A stretch of 63,364 nt of DNA, counting the filler, from Choristocarpus tenellus KU-1152 (lineage: Eukaryota; Protista; Phaeophyceae), in the NCBI GenBank assembly GCA_964200185.2. It is 8 parts of 8 records of this genome, joined end to end, with 100 filler letters (N's around TTAATTAATTAA, not from the genome) between each part and the next. Parts side by side here need not be neighbours in the genome. Positions count along the whole stretch, not along the records: positions 1 to 8,949 come from CAXNAD020004171.1; positions 9,050 to 20,113 come from CAXNAD020002530.1; 6 more parts are not named here. One strand, given 5' to 3'. The notes under the pieces were generated by a model, which ran no database searches, was not told the origin of the DNA, and saw only the letters and a list, made by a program, of their open reading frames with translations. This document shows, piece by piece, positions 1-13,770 of this stretch (within the stretch, counting starts at the first letter, position 1; the number at the start of each line of letters is the position of its first letter). The position numbers and the translations under genes are program-made.

Positions 1-3000
1 GGCAAGACACACGGATCGGGCATATGGCTCACTGGGAGGACTGTTCTCAATCTTTGGAGGCACATGCGGGCAGAACTCAAGCTGTGCTCTTACACCCTTC
101 AGGTCTGTTGGGAAGGAGAAGGAATTGGGAGAAAGTTGCAGCAGCCAGGGCAGCAGGTTATCGTTAGGCGTGGGAAAGGGGTTCGTGTACTTCTGGGGGG
201 GGGTAGTTCACTCAGGAAGTATGCGTGGAGATGAAGGCAGTGTAGACATGGAGGGGGAGGGCATAAACGGCAACGGAGGCAAAGGTGGAAAGCAAAGACA
301 GGAAGGGGGGTGTTTGTTTGAATGAGGGGTAAGGTGGATGTAAAGGAGTGTCAGGGGTGGGGATTCCGAATGATAGACCTACCACTCCCCACCTCTGATG
401 GTAGTGAAATTTGCAGAGTGCTACAGTTGTGAACCTGCAATAAGATTGCGACAGGTACACAAACACAAGAGATTCTGAGGTTTTTCTGCACCCCGCTGCT
501 GCCTCTATCCCTCAACATGCTGTGCCTCTGGTCATTTGAGTTATTTATTACCCCTCCTACCTGCCTCTCCCATTCTGCGGTTGTGTGGAACTTTTTGTCA
601 TTGTCACTTCTGGAAGAGTGTGGCGGAACACGTGTTGAAAAAACGCGTACCAATGTTGAGTGTATATCTCCGTTCCCAGTGGTTCAAGGCAGAGGACAAG
701 GCAGCCCGGTCCCATGCTCTGATTTATCCTTTGACGCGTGCCTCGGTGAGAGCTGAAAGTGGACAACATGTGATCCACACTGAGGTGGTGTTGTATTGGA
801 ATTCGTTCAGTAAACGTTTGAGGGGGTGTTATGCACAATCTCGACAATGAATTTTGAGTGGAACTGTTACTTTAAAGGAACAGTTCATCTTTTTCAGTTT
901 CAGTATTTTGGAGTTAGATGGACAGGGCTTGATTACGAGAATATTCACATGTGCGGTTACGTTTTTTTATGGAAGTACTAGCAGGGCTTGAAGATAGTCA
1001 ATAATCTGAAGTACTGCTGAGCCTTGGTCTCTTTAGGTTCTGATAATCTGTTTTTAAGCAATATCATCCAGTGCACAGGGCATCAGCTGTTGAGTGGAGA
1101 GCACTGCTTGTGAGCCCCCAGTGTGTAAATTGTGACCAAAGAACCTATGTTGCCATTAAATATGTCCTGGGAGGGAGTAATGACATGGATGAAACTTCTT
1201 GCAAATACATGGCATTACCTTTCAACGGCAAAGCTCCAAATACTTCATCCTTATCCTTCAGAGCGTAGCATCCCTTTCCTTCTTATCTCACCCAGTTACA
1301 AGAGTGCTTGGAACAATTTCAAGCTGTCAAAAGATAGCTACAGTTTTACTTTTTGCGGTCTCTATGTGATTTGTCTAGGAAATGCCTTTCGGATAATTGG
1401 ATATCTCAGCCTGTCCACTGTTGGACATGAAGCAAAATAAAGTGTTGATTATTCCATCAATCAGGTTGTTTTGGTACCCTCTTTGGGATAAGCACTGATG
1501 TTTATGTATATCTCCCCCCCACAAACCTGCAGGTTTGTCTGCAAATTATGGAAAAGCTGGACTTCATTGGTCGTACAGGGGAGATGGCGAGGTTGTTCGG
1601 TATTGATTTCTTCAGTGTCCTCTCAAGGGGTTCTCAGTACAGGGTGGAGGCAGTAATGCTGCGGTATGAGCGACGGAAGCTTTTGCATCTGACACGGAGT
1701 TATAAATAGGCTTGAGATTTGGGTATATGATTTCGACAGGGTGGATATATTATCTAATCGTGTGACCTGTTATCCTCATCCCTTCCATTCCGAGTTGATT
1801 TACCCACTTGCACAAGTTCTACTCCACCTTGTCACTTTTCTGTTGAGGTACATAGGTATATTGTGAAAATAGAAGTTTGAGGTTGGGGGATATGGCATGT
1901 AATATATCATGGAGGAGTATGCCAACATCTTAGCCTGTATGCCTTTACTCTGGAGTAATAACTAAAACCAGTAGGATGCCTTCGCCACGTGCAACAACTG
2001 CTCCCCACTCAACATTTCCTTTTTTCGCTGGACTCTATTAGGTGTGTACACAATTACTCGAATTATGGTCTTCACATTTACTGTATGTGTGTATACACAC
2101 ATACACACATCTTGTACATAAACATGCCCGTACACACCATTGATAGAAACCTTTAATACACATGTTGCTCCCCCTTGTCCCTTGTCTGTTGTGTAGGGTG
2201 CTCAAGCCTCAGAACTATGTCACTGTCAGCCCCTCAAGGCAGCAAGTGGCTAGCCAGGCAGCCATGGAGTGCATTCCCTTGGTGTTTGAGCCTCAGAGTC
2301 GTCTCTACAGTTCACCGGTTGTTGTTTTGGACTTTCAGGCAAGAAACGTTCACAACAATTGCAACCACTGCCATGACTTGCCTTACCAATCTGCTAGTGT
2401 TGAGTAGTCTTTCCGCACACCTCACAGGCTTCAATTTCTGCGCCTCATCGCCTAGATTCTTCCTCTAAGCGCATATGTTGTTGGTACTGTAATTGTAGTG
2501 TTATTAGAAGGGCTAAGATACAAACATAGCTCAAAAATAACACCAGGAGTCGAGCCTGACCTTTGTAGTACTGACTCGCCCTGCCCTCCCCTCCCAATTA
2601 AACCAAATGGCACCTTGATGGGTATCCATGCCAAACAGTCACTGTACCCATCAATGATGATAGCATACAACTTGTGCTACACCACCTGCCTGGGAAAGCT
2701 CGAGCCCAGCAAGGACAGCACCACAGGGCGCCTGGGTGTCCTCCCATACACCGAGGAGGCCACTGCTCAAGCGCTCATTCATGCAGAGGACAAGCATCGC
2801 CATTGGCAGGCTAAAGGGAAGGGAAAAGGGAGAGGGTTAGTAGCAGGTTCAGGGCTTGGTCCTGGGAAGGATGGAGATGTGTTGACGTCACCAGCAACAC
2901 CAGCACCGGAGACGTCAGTAGGCAGTGCTGCGCCATCTCATGTCAGCAAAAAGCAGGAGGGGAGCTCGAGGAGGGAGAGTGGTGCAAACAATAATGGTTC

Positions 3001-6000
3001 CAAAGGCTGTGTTGAGCCACAGGGAGGGGACACATGTGGTAACGTGGACTCGGCAGGAAATAATGGGTTTGAACCGTCATCTTTCCACATTGCCCCCAAC
3101 ACTACAGCATTCTGCCACCCCACACTGCGGCAGGGAGTGCTTCCTGCAATGCTTCGGGAGATACTCGAGACTCGAGTGATGGTGAAGGGTGCAGCAAGGC
3201 GAGCAGAGGCCACAGGACAGCGGGTGCTGGCACGAACCCTGAATGCCAGGCAATTTGCCCTCAAGATGATCTCCAACGTCACCTACGGGTGAGGGGTTGG
3301 TGATAACAATGATGATGGGGAGGGAATCTCGAAATTTCAACCGCCCAACGTGTATATTGTCATCCAGCTCTCCCGTCCTTTCGCCTGTATCGGTGGGAGG
3401 TTTTGATTACGTTTGAGTTCAGAGTATGACCATCTAACCTGTAATGCCTCGCCGTGTGATTGACTTGTCTGCTTAGATGTGCGATTATACATAGAACACA
3501 TTATTAATGTTTACTCCTTGTTCCTGTTGCCCTGCTTTGTTTGTGCAACATCTTTAGCTTTTGCTCCCTCATCACAACCTGAGTCTCAGATATTTTCTAT
3601 ATTCTTCGTTGCTGCCCTTCCCGATCCTACCCACACCCTTTCCCCTTTTTGTTTGCCCCTCCTGTCCCACTTTCTTGACTTGAGAAGGTACACCGCTGCA
3701 GGTTTCAGTGGGAGAATGCCAATGGCAGAGCTGGCAGATGCAATTGTGGAGAGCGGGAGAGCGACTCTTCTTGCTGCTGTAGACATGGTAGGTTTCCCTT
3801 TGCTCTAAAGGCTTACTTGTGATGGAGAAGAATTCAAGTAAGTTCTCCGTCAGCAAGAGGGGGTGTCCTTTGGGTAACACATGTTTTATTGGGTACTTTG
3901 TAAGATATCCCTCATATATCATTGAGCATATACTCAGTCTGGCATCAATATTGATGAGCTGCCACAGTTGATCCCTAAGTCCCAAACTTCACAAGCCCAC
4001 AAAAGCGTTAATTTTAACCTCCTCTTCACAACTGAGAGATTGTTGGTATGTTTTGGAACTTTTCTTAACCTTCGTGGGGAATCTGGATGATGGGGGATCT
4101 CTCTCAGCTGTCACTCCCTTCACACCATCCCTCCCTCTTAAGCGACAAGACTAGTGCCTCCCAAAACCCTTTGCGTACATGCAGGTGGAGAGCCACAAGC
4201 CCTGGGGGGCCAAGGTGGTGTATGGAGATACAGATTCTCTCTTTGTGCACCTTCCAGGGCGTTCATTGGATGAAGCACACACTATAGGGAAAGAGATGGC
4301 TGCCAAAGTTAGTGCGTTGTGTCCGCCTGATGTGGTGCTCAAGTTTGAGAAGGTTCGATGAAAGTCTACCACCATTGTCATTGTCGAGAAAGGAGTCTGC
4401 CTGAGTGGTTTTAGTATATATCTCAGTGGAGAGGGACATGGTTGTTGCTATTGATTGTAGCAACGTTTGGGGTTAGGACAAGGAGATTTGTGTGGAATAG
4501 TGTGCAGGGGTGTGCTTGAATCCTCGTGTGTGTGGCATGGGACCTTGATCTTCTGTCTCTTTTTTTTAATGCTTGACTTATCGTTGCAACTGATTGCCCC
4601 CTGCTACCCTCTTTCGCCCACTGGAAACTTGACCTATGTTGAAGGTGTACCTCCCGTGCATCCTGGCCTCTAAAAAGCGCTATGTGGGGAACATGTTTGA
4701 GTCTCCCAAGCAGCTGGTACCTAACTTTGATGCAAAGGCAAGGACTCAAGTACAAAAATGAAGAGAAGGGGGGGGGCGGGGTGAGCAGTATCATCCAATT
4801 GATTGCTAAACACACTCATACATACATAAACACTTCGTCACTTGTACTAGGGCAGAAAAGGACCAACAAATATTTGGAAAGTCTTGAAAAATGGTCAAGC
4901 TTTTTGGTTTTTGGGGATGATATCCAGACACGCCATGAAGAACCATGCACGCATGCATCAGCCTTCATCTGGCATACCGATGTTGAAGTGAAAGTTACAG
5001 AGTACTATTAGTAGTAGGCTTCTTTGAACTGCATTCCTGCTGTACATTAAGATAGTGGTCCTCACTCCTTTGATCCACCCTGCCAATTGATGCAAATGTT
5101 GGAATTTTCTTTTTTGTATTTATTGTATTGGGTTAGAGTGTGAGAGTTTAATAGTAGGATCTGGGCAATGGGCGGCAAAGCACCAGGAAAGTTTTGTTAT
5201 TCATTTAATTCCAAATAGAGTAGATATAATGTCAAAGCTCAGGTCAGAAACTACTCTTGATATGCCCCCTTCAGGGCATCGAGACAGTGAGGCGGGATGG
5301 GTGCCCCCTGTTGGTGAAGATGCTGGAGAAGGTGCTCCGACTCTTGTTCGCCACCAAGGACTTGAGTCAAGTGAAGGGTTACCTGTACCGCCAGTGGTCA
5401 AGGATTCTGACAGATAGGTCCAGTGTAGGGGACTTCATATTTGCCAAAGAGGTGAGCGACTTTTTAGTCGCAAGACATGAAGGGTGGGGTTTTTGGAATA
5501 AATGACATGAGAATTAAGAAAATCTGAGCGTGTGTGAGATAGATGATCAAAAGAAGTGCAGGTTGAGGCAGGGAAAGGGACAGAGGTATGTGAGGGCTTG
5601 CTGCCAGATTTTGATGGTATGGGTATGGGCAATCTTGCTGATACAGAAAGGTGTGCTTCATCACAGAATTTGTAGGGGATGAGCAATATAAAACTATGAA
5701 TAGACTATACTGTGTAGAGGAAATAATTCAGACTTAGGGGAGGGCTTCTCTATTTTTTGTTGTAAGTAGGCGCAGCACTCTTGTAGTGTATTGAATAGTG
5801 AGTGAAGAGATAGAGTGTAGATAGCAATTCATGGCTCCGGTTCAGGTCACTGACACGGAACTTTAGCGCATAGTGGAGTTCTGATCATGTAGAGAGGGTG
5901 CTCAATCCCAGCTTCTCATGTATTTTCAGGGTTTTCACTTTGTCAGCAGGTGTTGCAGAGGCCACTTGAAGCTCATGGTTTGTAATATCTGGTAGAGAGA

Positions 6001-7842
6001 AATACGTCGAATCAAGAACATGCATTGAATTCTATGGTAGCACTGAGCTGTTTCAAAAGTTACATGGAGTACAACCTGACTGATCTAGAATAATAATTGA
6101 ATTCTGTGATTACGCAAAGTGGCTGTGAATTGCCCTCATTGTGACTCACACTCAACATCTGCAGGTTATGTCCCATACCCCCACTACCTCCTCCCTATTC
6201 CTTACTTATCACCCCAGGTAAGGCTAGGCACCTACGCCAGTGACGTGTACATGCCCCCGTCTGCCATCGTTGCTAGCAAAGCAATGGCGAATGATCCCAG
6301 AGCAGAACCAAAATACTGCGAACGAGTGCCATACATTGTCGTTCATGGCGCGCCAGGGGCTCGTCTCATGGACCTGGTGCGTGCAGGAGAGATGGGCACA
6401 GGGACTGATGGATGAACCCAAATAACTAATCCCCAAGATCCTTGTATGAGGAATGTGGATATATAGAGAGTGGGAGAAAATTATGCGGACTGGTGATGAA
6501 AGGCCTATGTGATCCCCCAGAGTACCGCTGCATTGGTAAAATTATGACTTTAAGATCATGGTTAGTCATTCTTCAACAAGGATCTCTCTTAAACATATAG
6601 TTCAAATTCACATCTATCTTCAGTTGCATAATCCCGACTTGTACTGTTAATATCTACTCAAGACAATCAGAAAAATCACCTCCCTCTCCCCTCATTCTAA
6701 CTCAGCCCTTCTCTGACCCATTGATGGTTCCACTCCCTCTCCCATGCTTTCCCTATATAGGTAGTGTCCCCGGAGCAATTTCTGGCCAAGGGCAGTGGCC
6801 TCCGAATCAATGGAAGGTACTACATTACCAAGGTCGTAAACCCTGCCCTGGACAGGGCCCTCTCCCTGCTAGGTGTCAATGTTAACTCCTGGTTTGATCA
6901 GATGCCCCGGCCCACCAGCCGTAGGGTGTCGGCGAATATGAGGCGGACATGGGACGCCAGTCAGGGGAGAGGACGTGGCAAGGGCAGGGATGGCAATGAA
7001 GGGGTAGTGGGGCAAGGGCGTGGGAGGGGAAAGGGGGGTGCAGTCATGACGGACTACTTCATTAGCGATAGATGTCTGCTGTGTGGGGAGCAATGTGCCC
7101 ACGCTGTCTGTACAAGCTGCTCAAGGTGAGAGGTAAATCCTTTACTCCCACTAACACTGCTGCCTCTTGAATGGTTCCTTCTGCGTACCAAAGCTGTTTC
7201 AGCAGCTAGTATTACCGCTCCCTTGCTGTGCCATCAGAACATGTAAACAAATATTTAATTTCCTCTCCACATCCGCTCATACTCCTTTATTACTTCATAC
7301 CCTCAAAGTTTTATCTATATGAATCATGATATTATAGAGTACACTGTACCTGTTCAAGTGCCTTAACGAACAGATCCCATGAAATTTCAAGAGGCCTGAG
7401 CCAGAACGATTAGTTAATGTCCACGGCATTATTTCTAAAATATCTCAAGCAATAGTGTCCATAAATCACCCCTGTATCTACCCACTCTCGTAAATGATGT
7501 CACCCCTCATCCATTCAGAACTCGATTTGAGTCTTGAGTCATGCTCTCCTCACCTCCAATCCCCTCTTTTGTGCCTTTACAACTCGCCAATGTGATGCAA
7601 TGAGAAGGGAGCCAGCAGCCCGCTATGTGGCTTTGTCTCGTCTGCGTGATTCTGAAAGGGGTGCTGCACAGCTCCAGGCCATCTGCCAGCAATGTACAGG
7701 GCACCCAGCCTCTAAATTGTTTGGGCAGGAGGCATGCCAGTCCTTGGATTGCCCTGTCTTCTTTGAAAGGCATCGAACATCCATAAGGCAACAGGATGCG
7801 TGTGAGCTGTGTGAAGCCCTCCAAGTATTGCCAACATTCTGA
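1..7842 (+). CDS. REV3: DNA polymerase zeta catalytic subunit (B-family), 3' part; 5' end lies upstream of the window
   Basis: Phase-consistent exons: 1-102, 617-745, 1533-1663, 2197-2338, 2639-3288, 3688-3787, 4185-4352, 4645-4737, 5275-5451, 6218-6376, 6761-7125, 7608-7842 (TGA). The spliced protein has REV3-typical motifs: GRTVLNLWR, FGIDFFSVLSRGSQYRVE, motif A LDFQSLYPS, motif B RQFALKMISNVTYGYTAAGFSGRMP, motif C VVYGDTDSLF, SKKRYVG, FDAKGIETVRRD, ERVPYIVV, YYITKVVNPALDR, plus C-terminal CysA (CLLC..CTSC) and CysB (CQQC..CQSLDC). Confidence 0.96.
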
Positions 7843-8949
7843 CAAGAAGGTTGGGTCAGGCACGAGGTCAGGGCAGGGCTGAGTTCTGCTGGCAATACAA
7901 GACATGTATATGAGGGGAAGGTAATAGGGGTAGCATAAAGGTGTAGAGTGCTCAGTGCCCTGCCCTACACTGCTTTCTTGGAAAAACTTGATGTATCCTG
8001 GCGTAGGTCAGCCAATGGTGCATTTTCTGTTAATATTTCAAAGGAGGAAAGGTGTTTAAGTACATGTTTATTGAATGTGCTTTCACATTCGAATTGTGAA
8101 TCTAATCGCACAAGGGTATACCCCAAGGTTGACCCATGCTTATGCTGTAGTTCGAAGTTCTGACTATCTTATTCTTTTTTTTTACTATTTCGTCCATGCA
8201 TACATCTGAGATGATGTGTGTGTCAGTTTGTGTGTGTGTGTGTGTGTGTATTGATGGCACCACTAGTGTGCTTGAATTTCATGTTTTCACAGTTGTACAT
8301 GTAGCCCTAAGCTGCTGCCAGCGTGTTAGTACATACCTAGTAGTTCCTACTGCAAAGAGTATTCCATTGAACAATTTTTGTCCTGTATATAGAGTGCCGT
8401 GTAGAGTAGTCCCTCTAATTGTCCTCTTGGCAAAAATAATATAGATAACAACTTGCATGTTGATTCATACAAGTCTGAATATGAATCTTCTCAGTACTGT
8501 GCAGTCACTATGACTCCGTTACACTTGGAAAAGCTGGTCTTATGATGGACTAAAGGAAGTGAATACTTAGTTCATCCACCCAAGTGATGAAGGTAGAGCA
8601 CTCCTCATGTGCTGAATATCTATTTGATTATTCTTTGCTACTCCTGTCATATATGCCAACCTGGAGTAAGAATGTTCTTCTCTTGAGTGATAAGACTTTT
8701 GTGGATAACCCCCAAGAACATTTCTTGGTTGACTTTTCTTTTCAATGGTCTTGAGGAGAAAAACAAAGACTGACCTAGTCTATGCTTCGAAGTTTTTTTT
8801 GCTATTGGTAGGAAAGGACGGTTCAACCATACGCTCTAGATCCAAATTGCTGTGAAAGGTTATGCTCCTAGGGAAAGGGGAGTTTGTGAAACAGGTGGAA
8901 ACAGCCGACAGGTTCTTCGTAATGAAGGGGAGCGGGAAGACCCACAGGA

Positions 8950-9049
8950 NNNNNNNNNNNNNNNNNNNNNNNNNNNNNNNNNNNNNNNNNNNNTTAATTA
9001 ATTAANNNNNNNNNNNNNNNNNNNNNNNNNNNNNNNNNNNNNNNNNNNN
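8950..9049. other. Assembly gap with artificial TTAATTAATTAA linker; same pattern at about 20114, 42552, 47441, 51852, 55542 and 60316, plus a separate short N-run at 38412
   Basis: 100-nt blocks of N with a central TTAATTAATTAA (stop codons in all six frames), the same at seven sites. Confidence 0.97.
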
Positions 9050-10619
9050 ACCTGGGCCCGATTTTCACAGCAGCATCAGCAGCAGTAGTAGCACCCCCCC
9101 CCCCACCAACACCAATCACATAGCCAGGGGTTAGGAGTACTAGCACAAGATGGATTTTAGTCTCAAGGGTTAACGTGACTTTACCCTTTTGTGTGCATTC
9201 TTGATAGCTAAGTATGATAAAACAATTGTTGTGCTATTCAAAGTACATGCTGCCTTTATTGCCTGAAAATCAATGCCGGTGCTCAGTATGGTAACATATT
9301 TTGAATGTGTAGGGAGAGTAAAGAAGGCAAAATAAAAGACCAAGGAGCAGAGTGCAGTGTACCCACAAACAAACGGAGAACATACCATCACAACAACAAC
9401 AAATGCGCAACAAGGACACTTAATTCTAGTTTTTCTTGGCTATCCGAATACTGACCTCTATTGTTCCCATGTTGCGCGCCGTATTTTGCCGCCATGCTGT
9501 CCGAAGGCCAACCTTTGAAAGGAGAGTGTGATCGAATACAGCAGCAAAAAAGCGATAGTGAAAAAAAGAAACAAAAGGTGGAACCAAATGCCCCACAACA
9601 GACAATGCACCTTGAGGTTATGGCAAGGGTGGGAACATGGTCTTTTCATACCAACAACAGAGAGAGAACAAAGGGATGGAAACAATAAACATATGATGGG
9701 CTCATCACATCCACAACAAAAGAAGGATCCTTGCGCACAAATAGTGGAATTTTAAAGGTGGGTTATCCAGCTAGTGTAAATATGGGGTTAAGACTGGCTA
9801 CTTTCTTTCGCACCAGCTTATCATACGTTACCCCAACAATATGGAGGTGGGTCAATCTCCACTTACCAAACTTTGTAATGTGTCTCCAGTACAGTATAAT
9901 GAGGGTTTCAGGCAACTATGGATGGGTAAGTTGCCTGGGAATCATCAACTACATATGGAGGGCACATACACCACCACGCTCTTGAAAACGGAGACAATTA
10001 TGTGAGACTAGAACCATGGAGAACACGAAATCGACAGTAAAGCATAGAGGGCCTCCACCAGAACACAGGTTCAAGCATTCACTGAGTATCAAAGAAATTA
10101 TTATCGTGCTGCACAGGGGAGAAGACTTGAAGACCGAAGCAACACCATTGACAAGTCCACTTCGGTAAACTATCATCACAAATCTGGAAGCGCAACCGGT
10201 TTCCACCCACTCCATTTCGTCCCTACAAGCACACGGGGAGTAAGGAGACCGACTGGGGTCTTTGGTAGGGATGAAAGAGAAATAGAAAAGCTAACTTGCT
10301 AAAATCAAAGCACCTTCCCCTCTTGCAAAACGATATTGATCCCCACCTTCACGGTTGGCCGCACAGCACCAAGGATAGAAAGCATGTCTGACACGCCTTT
10401 CCTTTCACCTTCTTTGGTGGCAAGGAGGAGGAGTTGATTGCCTGCACCCTCCCTTGAAACGGAGGTTGGTTGGTTGGCAAAGGGGTAAAGTTACGATTCC
10501 TCCTTAGTAATTGCAATGGTATGTGGTTCTTCCCAAGAAGTGATACCATACTACTTGTCGTTTGGAGGCGTTCATAGTGATATGATAGATAGTGGCGGAT
10601 TTATTGTTAACAGTTATTA

Positions 10620-12500
10620 ACAGTTTCTTTTCTTCCAGATTGTTCATAATAAACACACAACCTCCGTCAACTTTTATAAGAGAAACAAGGACTGGTTACT
10701 GGAGGAAAGCGGATTCTAATTTTCTTCAGGAATCCATGTTACAACGGGTAGGTGGAGTAAATGAGTTCTTCGGTTTTCTCCGCAGATTTCTTGTCCTCGA
10801 TTTGAAGGAAATGGAGTCCACTTTTCTCCACCAAAAAGTGTAGGAGAAAATTCAAATGGCAGTGTCGACTACTCCAGACTGTGCCAGAACGCCTTAAGGT
10901 GTGGACAGTTGCTCGCTGCTGCATAACGTGGAAATGACGAAAATGACCATACAAAAGGCCACCAAGGCCCTCATGCTTGGTATCGATCGATACCTTGTGC
11001 GACAGAGGCTGTGGAAACAATTGGTTCTGCAAGAGAACGAGGATGAGGAGTCACAGCTCGTGCGGGAGAGGCGGTACAATCTTGTGTATCCATAGCCCCA
11101 CTATAGGGAGTCGTAATAGATGCAGATGGTCTGAGATGAGAGCCTCGGGAACCCAGAGTCTAGGAGTGGGAAGATGTTCATTGAAGGGGCCGCATCCCCT
11201 TATCACAGGTCGTAGAACAAGTAAGGCCGCAAGATTGGCTTATGGCGGAGGCAGTACTAATGGCCGCTGGTTGCCCAGGTGTCCCCCTGGAATAGAAGGT
11301 GTTGTCTATCTTGCAAATCCTCGGAAGCGAAACTACGCGGGATGATATGACTTTTCACTGGGACGAGTCAATGTACGACATGGAAAGTATTGCACAAGTT
11401 TCGCGAGTACTAAGTCAACACATGTTAGATAGCTGGATCAGGTTGCCTGAGAGTGACAAGGAACAGCGACAGACTATGGAGGCGTACTGTTTGGGGTTCA
11501 GGGGTGCTGTGGGATCAACCGATGTAACCCTCATAAGGTGGGACAAATGTTCAGTAATTGACGCTAGATCGTACAAAGGAAAGGAAAGTTTCCAACCTCT
11601 GCCATACGAGGTCACCATCCACCATTCCATGCTTGTTTTGGGGCAAGTTGCGGCTTTGCGGGTGCAAGAAAGGATGAGAGAGTAGTCCACAATGACGGCA
11701 CCACAATCCAGGTCCGGATGAAGAAGGCGTTTACGGACCTGTACTGCACCCTGTTCGATACAGATGGGATCGAGTACATCCACAGAGGAATGTACCTCAT
11801 CGTTGACGGTGCCTACCACAAGGTATACACATGGAAGTATCGACCCCCTATGCCTCTGCATTGTTTCTGAGGAATGTGTACCTAGGTTTTGTGCATAGAT
11901 TTAAGAGGATGTGATAACTTGGCCAATAAGGTCGTGAGCTTTGCAACTAGTTCTCACACAAACGACATAGATAGTAGACAACTATATATCTGGATTTCAA
12001 GCGTAGGGGGAAATGACATTTTTCCACGATTGTGCTGCATATCAGAGAGTTGATGTGCATCTTGTCATATTTTTGTTTAAGTGTCACCACTGTCCTGCAA
12101 AGCGTTACCTTGCTCATAGAGTGCTCCAGCTCAGGCACATGTTATGTTCAGTCACAACTTAGATAAAGAGTGTTGACATTCATCCATCCCCCCTTGCCCC
12201 TTGAACAAGAACACAGTGGAAGTGCCCCATGCCTCCCAACAAAGGTCAAGCGCACTAAGGACCAGCTGAAATGGAGCCAGCACTTGGAGAGTGTGAGAAA
12301 GAACGTAGAGTCTTCTTTGGGTACCCAAAGGCCACCTCTGTATCCTTTAGCTGCCGCTGGAGTTCCAGAGTGAGGAGAGAATCAACAACACATTCTGCAC
12401 GTTCTGTATTCTCCGAATTATGCTTCATATGTATGATGGAAAGATCAGTTTGAGCAAGGGTTGGACTGGAGTGCAATGGTCCGCATGGTGCTTATGTCGC
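10620..12500 (+). mobile_element. Degenerate PIF/Harbinger-type DDE transposase (stops and frameshifts)
   Basis: Fragments GFRGAVGSTDVTLIRWDKC..YKGKE..YEV (11299-11685), YLIVDGAYH (about 11792-11818) and WSQHLESVRKNVE (about 12272-12310) match the Harbinger transposase pattern G.IDxTH / YLxxDxGY / SxRKDVE. Confidence 0.8.
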
Positions 12501-13127
12501 TGACCCTTTCATGGAACACCGGGGTATTGAGTGGAAGGGAGGTGGAACTGCAGAGACTGTTGAAGTGGGGGAGATTTCCATTCTTAGAGGGAGAAGCTTG
12601 GGGCGCCCACTTCGGCTACAGAAATGGGTTTAGGCAATTGAAAAGGCACCGGAGTTCAGCTAGCACTTGAATATTTTGGGGTTTTGAGGGTGATGTTAAG
12701 ACTAAGGGAAACGTCTAAGAGTGTAGGTGGAAGGAGGATGTCAGGAGGAGTAGCAGATTTATTGTTCCTCACCAAGCTTGGTACTTGGTATATTGTACAC
12801 CTTGCAATAAACACAACACAATGATTTTTTAGAATATCAGAACAAAGTGTTCAGAAACACCTCAAGTGTCAAGAAGTACTGTCATCGGGACACAGCTTTA
12901 CCCAGGATGGCCGAAAAGGCTGAGATGGCATGCTATAAAGTCCTATTACTATCACTGTGATTTTGCCAAATGATGTAGAGGAGAGGTTAATCTTAAGAAG
13001 GTAGGCGACTAGCAATCTCAAATCACCTAAGTAATAAATAGAAGCGATGCTTATCCATCCCTTTATATGAGACAACAGTTCTGGGTTTATCAACTAATAA
13101 CTACTGCATTCTGGGTACAAGTGTATA

Positions 13128-13770
13128 CTAGCAGTAATCTCCTATACAGATGGAGGAGTCTATTTGAACATCCATGTTAACCAGGAGTTGAATCTCCCCC
13201 TTGCAGTCCCTGACTCTAGTTGAGCAAATCACCATTTGTCGGAGTTTCACCAACTCCTCTCTGAGACGAACAGTCTCCTCAAGGGATGCCGTCATCGATT
13301 TTCCAATTGCAGACTTCACATTGTCACTTGCCACTACTATCACTAATCCCACTAACACTTTCATCTTTCAGCTCATCTTCTTCAGCTCTGGACTCTTACC
13401 AGTCTGCACATTGTGATTCTGCTGCTGATGACAGATGCGTTACAATCCTCGTCAATACTTTCTGCCTCTGAGGCTGCTGTCTTTCCTCTCCTTTCCCTTC
13501 CTAAAGGGTGGGCCACCGGATACCCAAAGGCTGAAGTCTGGGTAGGTTCATTACTAATGAGTCCATATATGGGAAAGATGAGCAGCTGTACAGGCGTCCA
13601 GTGACTGGGCATTTTACTTCCATCAGTTGCAAAAAACCCATTTGATGTAAGTGTGCGCTTATCACCACCACTTTCTGCTTCCTGCTCCACTTCCTCAGTC
13701 TCAAGACTCTCATTCCCCTCTAACACACCTTTCACAGTAAGGCAGGTAGGGCGGGCAGCAGCTGACAAAC
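13128..13770 (-). pseudogene. Possible decayed Harbinger partner ORF, convergent with the transposase
   Basis: Acidic/low-complexity fragments with HPLGRERRGK, resembling the RPxGRxxAK motif of Harbinger ORF2, followed by a coiled-coil-like stretch (LEETVRLREELVKLRQ). It lies next to the transposase remnant. Confidence 0.3.

Noticed and set aside
689-690. Possible third GC donor in REV3 (AAG|GCAGAG)
   Set aside because: A canonical GTGAG donor at 746 keeps frame and gives a more REV3-like spacing to the next exon.
1-7842. Viral or Polinton B-family polymerase
   Set aside because: REV3-specific motifs, CysA/CysB and 11 spliceosomal introns show it is the host Pol zeta gene.
8994-9005. Recurrent TTAATTAATTAA palindrome as a biological site
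   Set aside because: It is always centred in a 100-nt N block, so it is an artificial contig linker.
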